47,650 bases of DNA from NCBI GenBank assembly GCA_964353935.1, contig CAYGXL010000001.1, forward strand, positions 1 to 47,650. The letters run 5' to 3'. How positions within the stretch are numbered: the first letter of the stretch is position 1; each line of letters begins with the position of its first letter. Below are positions 21,788 to 32,929 of the stretch, piece by piece. Under the pieces are notes generated by a model that searched no databases, was not told the origin of the DNA, and saw only the letters and a program-made list of their open reading frames with translations. This DNA comes from an uncultured Burkholderiaceae bacterium (GTDB taxonomy: Bacteria; Pseudomonadota; Gammaproteobacteria; Burkholderiales; Burkholderiaceae_F). Position numbers and translations under genes: made by a program.

Positions 21788-21792
21788 CAGGC

Positions 21793-23220
21793 ATGGCCGC
21801 CGCGCGCACACTGTACGACAAGCTCTGGGACGATCACGTCGTTCACGTCGAGGAAGACGGGACGACCGTTCTGTACATCGATCGCCACCTGGTCCACGAA
21901 GTGACGAGTCCGCAGGCGTTCGAAGGGCTGCGTCTCGCGGGCCGCAGGCCGTGGCGCATCAGCTCGATCATAGCGACGGCCGACCACAACACGCCGACGA
22001 CCGACTGGGACCGCGGCTACGAGGGCATCGCCGATCCGGTCTCGAAGGAGCAGATCGTCGAGCTCGACAGCAACATCAGGCAGTTCGGGGCGGCGGCTTA
22101 CTTCCCGTTCCTCGACAAGCGCCAAGGCATCGTTCACGTGATGGGACCGGAGCAGGGCGCGACGCTGCCGGGAATGACCGTGGTCTGCGGCGACTCGCAC
22201 ACCAGCACCCACGGGGCGTTCGGGGCGCTGGCCTTCGGCATCGGCACCAGCGAGGTCGAGCACGTGCTCGCCACGCAGACGCTGCTGATGAAGAAGGCGA
22301 AGAACTTGCTGGTGCGCGTCGAAGGCAGGCTGCCGAAGGGCTGCACCGCTAAGGACATCGTGCTCGCGATCATCGGCCGCATCGGCACGGCGGGAGGCAC
22401 TGGCCACGCGATCGAATTCGCCGGCGGCGCCATCGAGGCGTTGTCGATGGAAGGCCGGATGACCGTCTGCAACATGGCGATCGAGGCCGGTGCCCGCTCG
22501 GGCATGGTCGCGGTGGACGAGAAGACCATCGAGTACGTGCGCGGACGGCCGTTCTCGCCCGAAGGCGCGATGTTCGAGCCGGCGGCGGCCGCGTGGCGCC
22601 AGTTGCGCTCGGACCCCGGCGCACGCTTCGACCACGTCGTCGAACTGCGAGCGGAGGAGATCGAGCCTCAGGTGACCTGGGGCACGTCGCCGGAGATGGT
22701 GACGTCGGTGAGGGGCCAGGTTCCCGACCCCGAGGCGGAGAAGGATCCCGTGAAGCGCGAAGGCATCGAGCGCGCGCTCAAGTACATGGGCCTGACGCCG
22801 AAGACGCCGATCACCGCCATCCGCGTCGACAAGGTCTTCATCGGCTCGTGCACGAACTCGCGCATCGAGGACCTGCGCGAGGCGGCCTGGGTCGTGAAGC
22901 GACTGGGCAAGCGCGTCGCTTCGAGCGTGAAACTGGCGATGGTCGTGCCGGGCTCGGGCCTCGTCAAGGCACAGGCCGAGAAGGAAGGGCTGCATGAGGT
23001 CTTCAGGGCGGCCGGCTTCGAGTGGCGAGAGCCGGGCTGCTCGATGTGCCTCGCGATGAACGCCGACCGGCTCGAGCCGGGCGAGCGCTGCGCGTCGACC
23101 AGCAACCGCAATTTCGAGGGCCGCCAGGGAGCGGGTGGCCGCACGCATCTGGTTTCGCCCGCGATGGCCGCGGCAGCGGCGATCGAGGGGCATTTCGCTG
23201 ACGTAAGGAGACTCCAATGA
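21793..23220 (+). CDS. leuC: 3-isopropylmalate dehydratase large subunit
   Basis: The segments [17 protein letters not shown]...[23 protein letters not shown] and GSCTNSR (the Fe-S Cys motifs) are canonical LeuC. Confidence 0.95.
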   Translation: MAAARTLYDKLWDDHVVHVEEDGTTVLYIDRHLVHEVTSPQAFEGLRLAGRRPWRISSIIATADHNTPTTDWDRGYEGIADPVSKEQIVELDSNIRQFGAAAYFPFLDKRQGIVHVMGPEQGATLPGMTVVCGDSHTSTHGAFGALAFGIGTSEVEHVLATQTLLMKKAKNLLVRVEGRLPKGCTAKDIVLAIIGRIGTAGGTGHAIEFAGGAIEALSMEGRMTVCNMAIEAGARSGMVAVDEKTIEYVRGRPFSPEGAMFEPAAAAWRQLRSDPGARFDHVVELRAEEIEPQVTWGTSPEMVTSVRGQVPDPEAEKDPVKREGIERALKYMGLTPKTPITAIRVDKVFIGSCTNSRIEDLREAAWVVKRLGKRVASSVKLAMVVPGSGLVKAQAEKEGLHEVFRAAGFEWREPGCSMCLAMNADRLEPGERCASTSNRNFEGRQGAGGRTHLVSPAMAAAAAIEGHFADVRRLQ

Positions 23221-23366
23221 AACATCTGCTCGTCGTTCTGATCGCTGCTCTCGTCGCTGCATTCGCGACCACGGGCTGCAACACGGTCGCTGGCATGGGC
23301 AAGGACATCGAGGCCGCCGGCGGGGCCGTCGACAAGGCCGCGACGGACACCAAGAAGAAGATGTAA
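23217..23366 (+). CDS. entericidin A/B-family small lipoprotein (49 aa)
   Basis: This ORF is not in the supplied track because it is under 60 aa. ATG 23217 overlaps the leuC stop (ATGA). The product [49 protein letters not shown] has a lipobox-like TTGC followed by NT..G.G.DI...G, as in E. coli EcnA/EcnB. Confidence 0.75.
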   Translation: MKHLLVVLIAALVAAFATTGCNTVAGMGKDIEAAGGAVDKAATDTKKKM

Positions 23367-23375
23367 GGAGCGGTC

Positions 23376-24020
23376 CTGGACGCCTTCACCGTTCATCAGG
23401 GACTGGTCGCGCCGCTGGATCGCGCGAACGTCGACACCGACGCGATCATCCCGAAGCAGTTCCTGAAATCGATCAGGCGGACCGGCTTCGGCCCGAACCT
23501 GTTCGACGAGTGGCGTTACCTGGACCATGGCGAGCCGGGCATGGATCACTCGAAGCGGCCGCTGAACCCGGACTTCGTGCTGAACCAGCCGCGCTACCAG
23601 GGGGCGACCATCCTGCTCGCGCGCAAGAACTTCGGCTGCGGCTCTTCGCGCGAGCACGCGCCGTGGGCATTGCAGCAGTTCGGCTTCCGGGCGGTGATTG
23701 CACCGAGCTTCGCCGACATCTTCTTCAACAACTGCACGAAGAACGGCCTGGTGCCGGTGGTCCTGCCGGAAATCGTGATCGACCGCCTGTTCCACGAGGT
23801 CGCGGCGCATCCGGGCTACCGGCTCACGGTCGACCTGCCGCGGCAGAAGCTGGTGGAGGCCGACGGCCGCGAGCACGACTTCGACGTCGCGCCGTTCCGC
23901 AAGTACTGCCTGGTCAACGGCCTGGACGACATCGGGCTGACGCTGCGCCACAAGGACAAGATCGCGGCGTTCGAGAAGGAACGGCTGATGAAACAGCCGT
24001 GGCTCGCCAGGACGAGCTGA
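23376..24020 (+). CDS. leuD: 3-isopropylmalate dehydratase small subunit (apparent CTG start)
   Basis: Translation from 23376 gives (L/M)[49 protein letters not shown]...[13 protein letters not shown], a full-length LeuD. There is no ATG, GTG or TTG between the in-frame TAA (23364) and Met 23541. AAGGAG lies 5 nt upstream of CTG 23376. Confidence 0.88.
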   Translation: MDAFTVHQGLVAPLDRANVDTDAIIPKQFLKSIRRTGFGPNLFDEWRYLDHGEPGMDHSKRPLNPDFVLNQPRYQGATILLARKNFGCGSSREHAPWALQQFGFRAVIAPSFADIFFNNCTKNGLVPVVLPEIVIDRLFHEVAAHPGYRLTVDLPRQKLVEADGREHDFDVAPFRKYCLVNGLDDIGLTLRHKDKIAAFEKERLMKQPWLARTS

Positions 24021-24087
24021 TCACTCCACTTCGTTCCGGTGCGGGCAGGGGCGGGGTGAACAACAACCGGTCCGCGCGGGAATCAGC

Positions 24088-25161
<1,074 letters not shown>

Positions 25162-25194
25162 ACGACAGGCAGACAGCCGGCAGGGGCGAGGGAA

Positions 25195-26319
25195 ATGAAA
25201 GTAGGCATCGTGGGTTGGCGCGGCATGGTGGGCTCCGTGTTGATGGAGCGCATGACCGCGGAGCGGGACTTCGAACTCTTCGACTCGGTGTTCTTCAGCA
25301 CGTCGAACGCCGGCGGCGTGGCGCCCAAAGTGGCCCGGGCCGCTCCGACGCTGAAGGACGCGGCCGACATCGACGCGCTGAAGTCTTGCGACACGATCGT
25401 CACCTGCCAGGGCGGCGACTACACCAACGATGTCTTCCCGAAACTGCGGACCGCCGGCTGGAACGGTTACTGGGTCGACGCCGCCTCGGCCCTTCGGATG
25501 AAGGACGACGCGGTCATCATCCTCGACCCGGTGAACCTGCCGGTGATCAAGAGTGCCCTTGCGAAGGGCGTCAAGAACTACATCGGCGGCAACTGCACGG
25601 TCAGCCTGATGCTGATGGCGCTCGACGGCCTGCTCGAGGAAAACCTGGTCGAGTGGGTCACCGCGATGACCTACCAGGCGGCCTCCGGCGCCGGCGCGCC
25701 CAACATGCGCGAGCTGCTGGACCAGATGGGCGTGGCGCACGGCAGCGTGAAGGGCCTGCTGGCGGATCCGAAGTCGGCGATCCTCGACATCGACCGCACG
25801 GTTTCACAGGTGCTGATGTCCGACCGGTTGCCGAAGGAGAACTTCGGTGTGGCGCTGGCCGGGAGCCTGATCGCCTGGATCGACAAGGACCTGGGCAATG
25901 GTGTCAGCCGGGAGGAGTGGAAGGGCGGGGCCGAGGCGAACAAGATTTTGGGCAAGCCGGCGATGGGACAGCCGGGAGCGCTGATCGTCGAAGGCCTGTG
26001 TGTCCGTATCGGGGCGATGCGTTGCCACAGCCAGGCACTCACGATCAAGTTGAAGAAGGACCTGCCGCTGGCCGAGATCGAGCAACTGTTGGCGCGTGGC
26101 AACGAATGGGTCAAGGTGATCCCGAACACCCGCGAAGCCAGCATCCGCGAACTGTCTCCGGCCCGGATCAGTGGAACGATGGCCGTGCCGATTGGCCGGT
26201 TGCGCAAGCTGGCGATGGGTCCGGAGTACCTGTCGGCCTTCACGGTCGGAGACCAGCTGCTGTGGGGTGCGGCCGAACCGCTGCGCCGCATGGTCCGCCT
26301 GCTCCTCAACAAACTCTGA
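25195..26319 (+). CDS. asd: aspartate-semialdehyde dehydrogenase
   Basis: The segments [33 protein letters not shown] (active-site Cys) and [16 protein letters not shown]-like C-terminus match a long-form Asd. Confidence 0.95.
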   Translation: MKVGIVGWRGMVGSVLMERMTAERDFELFDSVFFSTSNAGGVAPKVARAAPTLKDAADIDALKSCDTIVTCQGGDYTNDVFPKLRTAGWNGYWVDAASALRMKDDAVIILDPVNLPVIKSALAKGVKNYIGGNCTVSLMLMALDGLLEENLVEWVTAMTYQAASGAGAPNMRELLDQMGVAHGSVKGLLADPKSAILDIDRTVSQVLMSDRLPKENFGVALAGSLIAWIDKDLGNGVSREEWKGGAEANKILGKPAMGQPGALIVEGLCVRIGAMRCHSQALTIKLKKDLPLAEIEQLLARGNEWVKVIPNTREASIRELSPARISGTMAVPIGRLRKLAMGPEYLSAFTVGDQLLWGAAEPLRRMVRLLLNKL

Positions 26320-26413
26320 TCGGTGCCGATCATTTCAACCGGGCGCGGAATTCCAGCGGTGCCCGCGTGCGGCATTTCTCACATAAAGGCGGGACTTACG
26401 GCTATTTCTAAGC

Positions 26414-26442
26414 TTGCCGCCCTAAGTCCATGAATGTTATGT
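26414..26442 (+). promoter_or_regulatory. candidate sigma70-type promoter upstream of fimV
   Basis: TTGCCG (26414-26419), a 17-nt spacer, then TTATGT (26437-26442), inside the only AT-rich pocket of the asd-fimV spacer. The call rests on a hexamer match only. Confidence 0.25.
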
Positions 26443-26477
26443 TCGAACGACGTTGTATCACACTGCCAGGGGGCGGA

Positions 26478-29351
26478 ATGCCATCCCAAAAATTCGCTCG
26501 CGCGCCCCTTTGGTGCGCGGTTTCACTTGCCGTCGCACTTGCCGTCGCGAGTCCCTACGCGGACGCCGCGGGTCTGGGTCGGCTGACCGTTCAGTCCGGG
26601 CTGGGGCAGCCCCTGAAGGCTGAACTCGAGGTCACCGCGGTCGGCCGTGACGAAATGCCGACGCTGCAGGTCAAACTGGCGCCGCCGGCTGCGTTCCGCG
26701 CCGCGAACCTGGAATTCAATCCCGCCCTGAGCAACTTGCAGTTTGCCCTTGAAAGGCGGGCCGACGGCAGTCACTTCGTCCGCATCAATTCGCCGCAGCC
26801 TGTCAATGAGCCGTACCTCGACCTGATGGTCGAGCTCACCTGGGCCACGGGCCGGGTCATTCGCGAGTACACGGTCCTGCTCGATCCGCCGTCGTTGCGG
26901 CAGCAGGCCGAAGTCGTGGCGCCGGTTGCGCCGCCTGCTCCGGTCGCCGCCCCGGCTCCGGCGCGGCCGGCTCCCGCTGCATCGGTACCGTCGACCCCGA
27001 CCGTGGCGCCCGCGGCGGCGCCGACACCGGCTCCTCGGCCAGCCCCGCCCGCTCGGGAAGGCAGTTACACAGTCAAGGCCGGCGACACGCTGGGCCGGAT
27101 CGCCTCGGAGAACCGGCCTGCCGGTGTGTCGCTCGACCAGATGCTGGTTGCGATGTTCCGCCAGAACCCGGAGGCGTTTTCCGGAAGCAACATGAACCGC
27201 CTGAAGGCGGGCGCGCAACTGAGCATTCCGTCCGCGTCCGATGCGACAGCCATCACGGCCGGCGAAGCGCGCCGGGAAGTGGTGGCCCAGAGCGCCGACT
27301 TCGCGCAGTACAAGAGCCGGCTCGCACAGGCCGTCACCGGCACCCCGGCGACGGCGGCGACACCGCCGACCACCGCCGCGGGTGGTGGCCAGGTCACGAC
27401 CCGGGTCGAGGACAAGGGCGCTGCGGCGCAGCCCGCCGGCGACCAGTTGAAGATCGCAAAGGCCGACGACAAGGGCGCCGCGGCTGCGGCGGCCGCGAAA
27501 GCGGACGAAGCCGCTGCGAAAGCGCGCGCGCTGAAGGAAGAAGAGGAGAAGGCCGAACAGCTGCGGCGCACCAACGAGGCGTTGAAGAAGGCGCTCGAGG
27601 TCCAGAGCAAGGCCGGCACCCAGGTGCAGCAGCAGGCCGAGCAGAAAGCGGCTCCGGCACCCGCCCCGGTGGCTGCGCCGACCGAGGCGCCGAAGGCGGA
27701 GCCGGCGAAGTCCGAAGCGCCGCCGCCCGCGCCGGCGAGCAAGGCTGCGCCGCCGGCCACGCCGCCGCAGGAGGCTCCGAACGCGTTCGTCGACATGCTG
27801 GGCAACACGACGACGCAGCTCGGGCTCGTGGGCATTGTTGCGTTGCTGGCCGGCCTCTTCGGCTGGAGCGCTTATCGCAAGCGCAAGACCGAAGGCACCG
27901 AGCGTTTCAAGGAAACGAACGAAGGCCTGCAGGCGAACTCGCTCTTCGGCGCGACCGGCGGCCAGAGCGTCGACACGGGAACGAGCACGTTCAACTCGAG
28001 CTTCATCCCGGCAGCCTCCCAGCTCGACTCCAACGAGGTCGATCCGGTCGCGGAAGCGGACGTGTACATCGCGTACGGCCGCGAAGAGCAGGCCGAGGAC
28101 ATCCTGAAGGAAGCCCTGCGCCTCCAGCCCGACCGTCACGCCGTGCGACTGAAACTGCTCGAGATCCATGCGCGCCGTGGCGACAAGGCGGCCTTCATGA
28201 CCATCGCGGAGGACCTTAAGGAGCGCACTGGCGCGACCGGCGAAGACTGGGCCAAGGCGCTGCGCCTTGGAAGCACGATGGATCCGGACAACCCGATGTT
28301 CGCCGGCGCCCCGATGACGGAACTGGCGCGCGGCCCGGCGACGGCGTTCCGCCTCGACCCGGACACCGCCAAGGGCCGTCCGTCGACACTGACCGGCGCA
28401 CCAACCGCCGGACTCGACTTGTCCGGCCTTACGGCGAACTCCGCCATGTCGTCGGATACGGCGTCGGGTGCGCCTCCGCTGACGCGCATGGTCGTCGACA
28501 CGCGGATGACCAACACGGAAATGAGCCGCCTGGACACGAAGATGCCGGACACGATTCCCGTGCCGGCACCGGCACCCGTCGCTGCACCGGCGGCGCATGC
28601 GCCGACGACTCAGTTCCGGGCAACCCTGACGGACGGGGAGAGCAAGAACACGATCTCGACGCCGACCGCCCAGAACGCCGACTTCGGATCGCTCGACTTC
28701 GACCTCGGGCCGACGAAGATGAACTTCGGCCCGACGACGCAGGGGCCGGACGCCACGATGGACGCGCTGCAGGACGCGGCTCGTGCCCCCACGGCTCCGA
28801 AGCTGCCTGCCGTCGAGGCCCCGATCGCGGCGCCGATCGCCCAGCAGCCAATGATGGCAACCGCGTTGGCGACCGCTATCGGCCAGATTCCGGACCTGGA
28901 CCTGAACATTCCACCGCCGAAGCCCACCTTCAGGGCGCCCGCTCCGGCGCCGGCGCCTGCTCCGGTCGCCAAGGCGGCCGAACAGGAGGAAGAACTGTCG
29001 CGCCCCACCGTCATCGGCCTGATGAAGGCGCCCGGCGTCAACACGATGATGCTCTCCGGCCTGCCGGAGGACGCCGCGGCGCGCCTGACGTCGAACACCG
29101 AGCAGGCCACGGTGCCTCTGATCGACTTCGACCTCTCTGCGATCAGCATCGATGCGGCCACCAAGCGTGGCGAAACGGAACCCGGCAGCGCGCTCGCGCA
29201 GCAGATGGCCACCAAGCTCGACCTTGCTCGGGGTTACATCGACCTCGGCGTGAAGGACGGTGCGCGCGAGCTGCTGGATGAAGTGATGCGCGACGGCACG
29301 CGCGACCAGCGCTCGGCCGCGGTCGATCTCATCAAGCAGATCGAGAGCTGA
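26478..29351 (+). CDS. fimV: FimV/HubP-like peptidoglycan-binding (LysM) polar scaffold protein
   Basis: It has a signal/anchor, a conserved FimV N-domain (LGRLTVQSGLGQPLKAELEV...REYTVLLDPP), a LysM domain (YTVKAGDTLGRIA...LSIPS), Ala/Pro/Glu-rich low-complexity linkers, a TM helix (LGLVGIVALLAGLFGW), TPR-like repeats and the FimV C-terminal motif (LDLARGYIDLGVKDGARELLDEV). I prefer ATG 26478, preceded by AGGGGGCGG, over the track start at 26430. Confidence 0.8.
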   Translation: MPSQKFARAPLWCAVSLAVALAVASPYADAAGLGRLTVQSGLGQPLKAELEVTAVGRDEMPTLQVKLAPPAAFRAANLEFNPALSNLQFALERRADGSHFVRINSPQPVNEPYLDLMVELTWATGRVIREYTVLLDPPSLRQQAEVVAPVAPPAPVAAPAPARPAPAASVPSTPTVAPAAAPTPAPRPAPPAREGSYTVKAGDTLGRIASENRPAGVSLDQMLVAMFRQNPEAFSGSNMNRLKAGAQLSIPSASDATAITAGEARREVVAQSADFAQYKSRLAQAVTGTPATAATPPTTAAGGGQVTTRVEDKGAAAQPAGDQLKIAKADDKGAAAAAAAKADEAAAKARALKEEEEKAEQLRRTNEALKKALEVQSKAGTQVQQQAEQKAAPAPAPVAAPTEAPKAEPAKSEAPPPAPASKAAPPATPPQEAPNAFVDMLGNTTTQLGLVGIVALLAGLFGWSAYRKRKTEGTERFKETNEGLQANSLFGATGGQSVDTGTSTFNSSFIPAASQLDSNEVDPVAEADVYIAYGREEQAEDILKEALRLQPDRHAVRLKLLEIHARRGDKAAFMTIAEDLKERTGATGEDWAKALRLGSTMDPDNPMFAGAPMTELARGPATAFRLDPDTAKGRPSTLTGAPTAGLDLSGLTANSAMSSDTASGAPPLTRMVVDTRMTNTEMSRLDTKMPDTIPVPAPAPVAAPAAHAPTTQFRATLTDGESKNTISTPTAQNADFGSLDFDLGPTKMNFGPTTQGPDATMDALQDAARAPTAPKLPAVEAPIAAPIAQQPMMATALATAIGQIPDLDLNIPPPKPTFRAPAPAPAPAPVAKAAEQEEELSRPTVIGLMKAPGVNTMMLSGLPEDAAARLTSNTEQATVPLIDFDLSAISIDAATKRGETEPGSALAQQMATKLDLARGYIDLGVKDGARELLDEVMRDGTRDQRSAAVDLIKQIES

Positions 29352-29354
29352 ATT

Positions 29355-29378
29355 CCGCGGGTCGGCAGCGACCCGCGG
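29355..29378 (+). terminator. perfect 10-bp GC hairpin between fimV and truA (no U-tract)
   Basis: CCGCGGGTCG (29355-29364) pairs with CGACCCGCGG (29369-29378) around a GCAG tetraloop. It starts 4 nt after the fimV stop and ends 8 nt before the truA GTG. The following sequence is CGCTTCCC, not a T-run. Confidence 0.35.
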
Positions 29379-29386
29379 CGCTTCCC

Positions 29387-30205
29387 GTGCGCATCGCACT
29401 CGGCCTCGAGTACGACGGGGCCGCCTTCACGGGCTGGCAGACCCAACCGGATGGGCGCGGAGTCCAGGACGCGCTCGAGCGCGCCCTGCCGGCGATCGCC
29501 GCGAAGCCGACACCCACGATCTGCGCCGGGCGCACCGACACCGGGGTGCACGCGCTCGACCAGGTCGTCCACTTCGACACGGATGCCGTCCGCCCGCTCA
29601 GTGCGTGGGTGCGCGGAGTCAACCGCTTCCTTCCGCACTCCATGGCCGTGCGGTGGGCGCGTGAAGTGCCGGATGTCTTCCACGCGCGCTTCGATGCGGT
29701 GCGCCGCACCTACGACTACTGGATCCTGAACGACTCCGTGCGATCTCCGCTCGCACATGCGCGAGCGGGCTGGGTCTTTCGTCCGCTCGATGCGACCGCG
29801 ATGCACGAAGCGGCCGCGCGCCTCGTCGGCCGTCACGACTTCACGTCGTTCCGCTCGGCCGAGTGCCAGGCGACGTCGCCGGTGCGTGAATTGCGCGAAC
29901 TGAGCGTGGCCAGGCGAGGGCGCCTGATCCGCGTGCGTGCGAGCGCAAACGCCTTCCTGCACCACATGATCCGCAACGTCGTCGGCACGCTCGTCGACGT
30001 GGGACTCGGGCGCCATGAGCCGGCCTGGGCGGCCGAGGTGCTGGAAGCACGCGACCGGTCACGTGCGGCGCCGACCTTCTCGCCGGCCGGGCTTTATCTC
30101 GTGCGGGTCGAGTACGATCCTGCGTTTCAACTGCCGGCGCCTTCGGCGGCGGTGCCCGTCTGGCTGGATGCGTACCCGGATCAAGATCTGCGGACTGACC
30201 CGTGA
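29387..30205 (+). CDS. truA: tRNA pseudouridine(38-40) synthase
   Basis: The segments RIALGLEYDGAAFTGWQ, GRTDTGVHA (catalytic Asp) and FLHHMIRNVVG are canonical TruA. GTG start at 29387. Confidence 0.9.
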   Translation: MRIALGLEYDGAAFTGWQTQPDGRGVQDALERALPAIAAKPTPTICAGRTDTGVHALDQVVHFDTDAVRPLSAWVRGVNRFLPHSMAVRWAREVPDVFHARFDAVRRTYDYWILNDSVRSPLAHARAGWVFRPLDATAMHEAAARLVGRHDFTSFRSAECQATSPVRELRELSVARRGRLIRVRASANAFLHHMIRNVVGTLVDVGLGRHEPAWAAEVLEARDRSRAAPTFSPAGLYLVRVEYDPAFQLPAPSAAVPVWLDAYPDQDLRTDP

Positions 30206-30800
30206 AGCGGACGTGGCGACCGCCTGCGCGGCGGGCGCCGATGCCGTCGGCTTCGTCTGCTATCCGAGCAGCCCGCGTCACGTTGCTCCGCAACGTTTGC
30301 GCGCGCTCGCGCGCGAGCTCGGCCCGTTCACTGTTCCCGTTCTCCTGTTCGTGAATGCCGCGCCGGACCTCGTGCAGGCCGCGCGCGACTTGGTGCCGAC
30401 GGCGGTGCTGCAGTTTCAGGGCGACGAACTGGAGCCCGAGTGTGCGCGCTACGGTGCGCCATACGTGCGCGCGGTGCGCATGGCCGAGGGGGTCGATTTG
30501 CTAGACTGCGAACGCTCTTTTCCCTCTGCGGCGGCACTGCTCCTCGACACGCCGTCCGAGGCCTATGGCGGCAGCGGCCGCGCGTTCGACTGGTCGCGGA
30601 TTCCAGCCCGCCGCTCCATGCGAGTGATACTTGCCGGCGGGCTCAACAGCGACAACGTGATGCGTGCCGTGCAGGCAGTGCGGCCCTACGCGGTGGATGT
30701 CAGCAGCGGCGTCGAGGAGGCTCCGGGCATCAAGAGCGCGACGCGCATCAGGGACTTCGTCGACGCGGTCCGGCGGGCGGACCAGCGCGATCCACAGTGA
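30168..30800 (+). CDS. trpF: N-(5'-phosphoribosyl)anthranilate isomerase
   Basis: The segments [31 protein letters not shown] and ILAGGLN..NV match TrpF. ATG 30168 overlaps the truA 3' end by 38 nt. Confidence 0.9.
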   Translation: MRTRIKICGLTREADVATACAAGADAVGFVCYPSSPRHVAPQRLRALARELGPFTVPVLLFVNAAPDLVQAARDLVPTAVLQFQGDELEPECARYGAPYVRAVRMAEGVDLLDCERSFPSAAALLLDTPSEAYGGSGRAFDWSRIPARRSMRVILAGGLNSDNVMRAVQAVRPYAVDVSSGVEEAPGIKSATRIRDFVDAVRRADQRDPQ

Positions 30801-30838
30801 GAACGAGCGATGTCTGCAACGATCTTCCGGGAAGCCGC

Positions 30839-32101
30839 ATGAAGGTGTACGACCTGCCCGACCAGCGCGGGCACTTCGGCCCGTACGGCGGCGTGTTCGT
30901 CGCCGAGACGCTGATGCACGCGCTCGATGAACTGCGCGAGGCGTACGAGCGCTACCGCACGGATCCGCAGTTCGTCGCCGAGCTCAATGACGAGTTCGCG
31001 CACTTCGTCGGCCGTCCGAGCCCGATCTACCACGCGCGGCGCTGGAGCGAGCTGCTCGGCGGTGCGCAGGTCTACCTGAAGCGCGAGGACCTGAATCACA
31101 CGGGCGCGCACAAGATCAACAACACGATCGGCCAGGCGCTGCTCGCGCGACGGATGGGAAAGCCCCGCGTGATCGCCGAGACGGGCGCGGGACAGCACGG
31201 TGTGGCCACGGCCACGGTGGCGGCGCGCTTCGGCATGGAGTGCATCGTGTACATGGGCAGCGAGGACGTCGGGCGGCAGGCCGCGAACGTCTATCGCATG
31301 AAGCTGCTCGGCGCGACGGTCGTACCGGTGGAAAGCGGCAGCCGCACGCTGAAGGATGCGCTGAACGAGGCGATGCGCGACTGGGTGACGAACGTCGAGA
31401 ACACGTTCTACATCATCGGCACCGTCGCAGGCCCGCATCCGTACCCGATGATGGTGCGCGACTTCAACTCCGTCGTCGGCAGGGAGTGCATCGAGCAGAT
31501 GCCGCAGATGGCCGGCCGGCAACCGGACGCGGTGATCGCGTGCGTCGGCGGCGGCAGCAATGCGATGGGCATCTTCTATGACTACATTCCGCACGAGCGG
31601 GTTCGCCTCATTGGCGTGGAAGCAGCGGGCGAGGGCCTGACCACGATGCGCCACGCGGCGAGCCTGCAGATGGGTACACCGGGCGTGCTGCACGGCAACC
31701 GGACCTACCTGCTGCAGGACGAGAACGGCCAGATCACCGAGACGCACTCGGTCAGTGCCGGCCTGGACTACCCGGGCGTCGGCCCCGAGCACGCGTGGCT
31801 GAAGGACAGCGGGCGCGCGGAGTACGTCGGCGCCACCGACGAGGAAGCGCTGAAGGCCTTCCACGAGTGCTGCCGCATCGAGGGAATCATCCCCGCGCTC
31901 GAATCCAGCCACGCGCTCGCGTACGCAACGAAGCTGGCGCCGACGATGCGCAAGGACCAGATCCTCCTGGTGAACCTTTCGGGCCGCGGCGACAAGGACC
32001 TGCACATCGTGTCCGAAGCGAGCGGGCTGGAGTTCTACTGCCGCGCGTCGTGCCGCGAGGCCTCGCTCGAGTACCGGCGCAACCACCCGGGAGGCCAGTG
32101 A
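30839..32101 (+). CDS. trpB: tryptophan synthase beta chain
   Basis: The segments [32 protein letters not shown] (PLP Lys), [10 protein letters not shown] and GGGSNAMG are canonical TrpB. ATG at 30839. Confidence 0.95.
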   Translation: MKVYDLPDQRGHFGPYGGVFVAETLMHALDELREAYERYRTDPQFVAELNDEFAHFVGRPSPIYHARRWSELLGGAQVYLKREDLNHTGAHKINNTIGQALLARRMGKPRVIAETGAGQHGVATATVAARFGMECIVYMGSEDVGRQAANVYRMKLLGATVVPVESGSRTLKDALNEAMRDWVTNVENTFYIIGTVAGPHPYPMMVRDFNSVVGRECIEQMPQMAGRQPDAVIACVGGGSNAMGIFYDYIPHERVRLIGVEAAGEGLTTMRHAASLQMGTPGVLHGNRTYLLQDENGQITETHSVSAGLDYPGVGPEHAWLKDSGRAEYVGATDEEALKAFHECCRIEGIIPALESSHALAYATKLAPTMRKDQILLVNLSGRGDKDLHIVSEASGLEFYCRASCREASLEYRRNHPGGQ

Positions 32102-32919
32102 TGTCCCGCATCGCGGCGCGCTTCGCATCGCTGCGCCAGCAGGGCCGCAAGGGCCTGATCCCTTACATCTGCGCCGGCGACCCCGACGCGGACCTCACCG
32201 TGCCGTTGATGCACGCCCTCGCGCGCGCCGGCGCCGACGTGATCGAACTGGGTGTTCCGTTTTCCGACCCGATGGCCGATGGTCCCGTGATCCAGCGCGC
32301 CGCCGAGCGAGCGATCCGCAACGGCGTCGGACTGCGGGCGACGATCGAACTCGTCGCCACCTTCCGGGAGACGGACTCGTCCACGCCGGTCGTGCTGATG
32401 GGCTACGCGAACCCGATCGAGCGCATGGGACGCGAGGCGTTCGCGAAGGCGGCGCAGGCCGCCGGAGTGGACGGCGTCCTTGTTGTCGACTACCCGCCGG
32501 AGGAGTGCGAGGAGTTCTCCGGGTCGATGCGCGCGGCCGGGATCGATCCGATCTTCCTGCTCGCCCCGACCTCGACCGACGAACGCATCGAGGCGGTCGC
32601 CCGGCATGCCTCCGGCTACCTGTATTACGTGAGCCTCAAGGGCATCACGGGAGCAGGGAATCTCGACACGGCGAGCGTGGCGGCCAGGATGCCGCTGATC
32701 CGGCGCGTGACCGACGTGCCGGTAGGCGTCGGCTTCGGCATCCGCGACGCCGCGACCGCGCGTTCGGTTGCCGAGGTGGCCGATGCCGTCGTGATCGGGT
32801 CGCGCATCATCCAGGAAATCGAATCCAATCCGCGCGCCGCGGCGGCGGAAGCCGTGGAGCGCTTCGTGGCAGGCATCCGGGCAGCGCTCGATGCGGCCCC
32901 GGTCAAGGCGGCAGCGTGA
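32101..32919 (+). CDS. trpA: tryptophan synthase alpha chain
   Basis: ATG 32101 overlaps the trpB stop (TGATG). The segments [38 protein letters not shown] and GFGI are canonical TrpA. Confidence 0.95.
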   Translation: MSRIAARFASLRQQGRKGLIPYICAGDPDADLTVPLMHALARAGADVIELGVPFSDPMADGPVIQRAAERAIRNGVGLRATIELVATFRETDSSTPVVLMGYANPIERMGREAFAKAAQAAGVDGVLVVDYPPEECEEFSGSMRAAGIDPIFLLAPTSTDERIEAVARHASGYLYYVSLKGITGAGNLDTASVAARMPLIRRVTDVPVGVGFGIRDAATARSVAEVADAVVIGSRIIQEIESNPRAAAAEAVERFVAGIRAALDAAPVKAAA

Positions 32920-32929
32920 GGAGAACCGA

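Noticed and set aside
26430-26477. The track start (ATG 26430, MNVMFERRCITLPGGG) for fimV.
   Set aside because: ATG 26478 is preceded by a strong purine-rich SD (AGGGGGCGG) and begins a proper signal/anchor sequence. The candidate promoter -10 element (26437-26442) would lie downstream of ATG 26430.
27300-29000. Repetitive PAPAPAPV / AAAAKA-type DNA repeats that might be mistaken for tandem-repeat or CRISPR-like structure.
   Set aside because: They lie inside the fimV reading frame and encode its low-complexity Ala/Pro/Glu linkers. There is no repeat-spacer periodicity.
26523-29399. 958-aa minus-strand ORF antisense to fimV.
   Set aside because: It is extremely Arg/Gly-rich low-complexity sequence that mirrors the Ala/Pro/Glu-rich fimV frame. 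fimV itself has clear LysM, TM and C-terminal FimV motifs. I treat this ORF as an artefact.
30168-30205. 38-nt overlap between the truA 3' end and the trpF start.
   Set aside because: The TrpF N-terminus ([11 protein letters not shown]) is canonical, and the TruA tail is non-conserved Pro/Ala-rich sequence. This is a plausible ordinary overlap or slightly late stop, and I do not read it as recoding.
32030-32101. An approximately 15-aa C-terminal extension of TrpB (…[23 protein letters not shown]) compared with enterobacterial TrpB.
   Set aside because: The extension simply runs to the TGATG junction with trpA, and I recognise no motif in it. It is probably lineage-specific tail variation.
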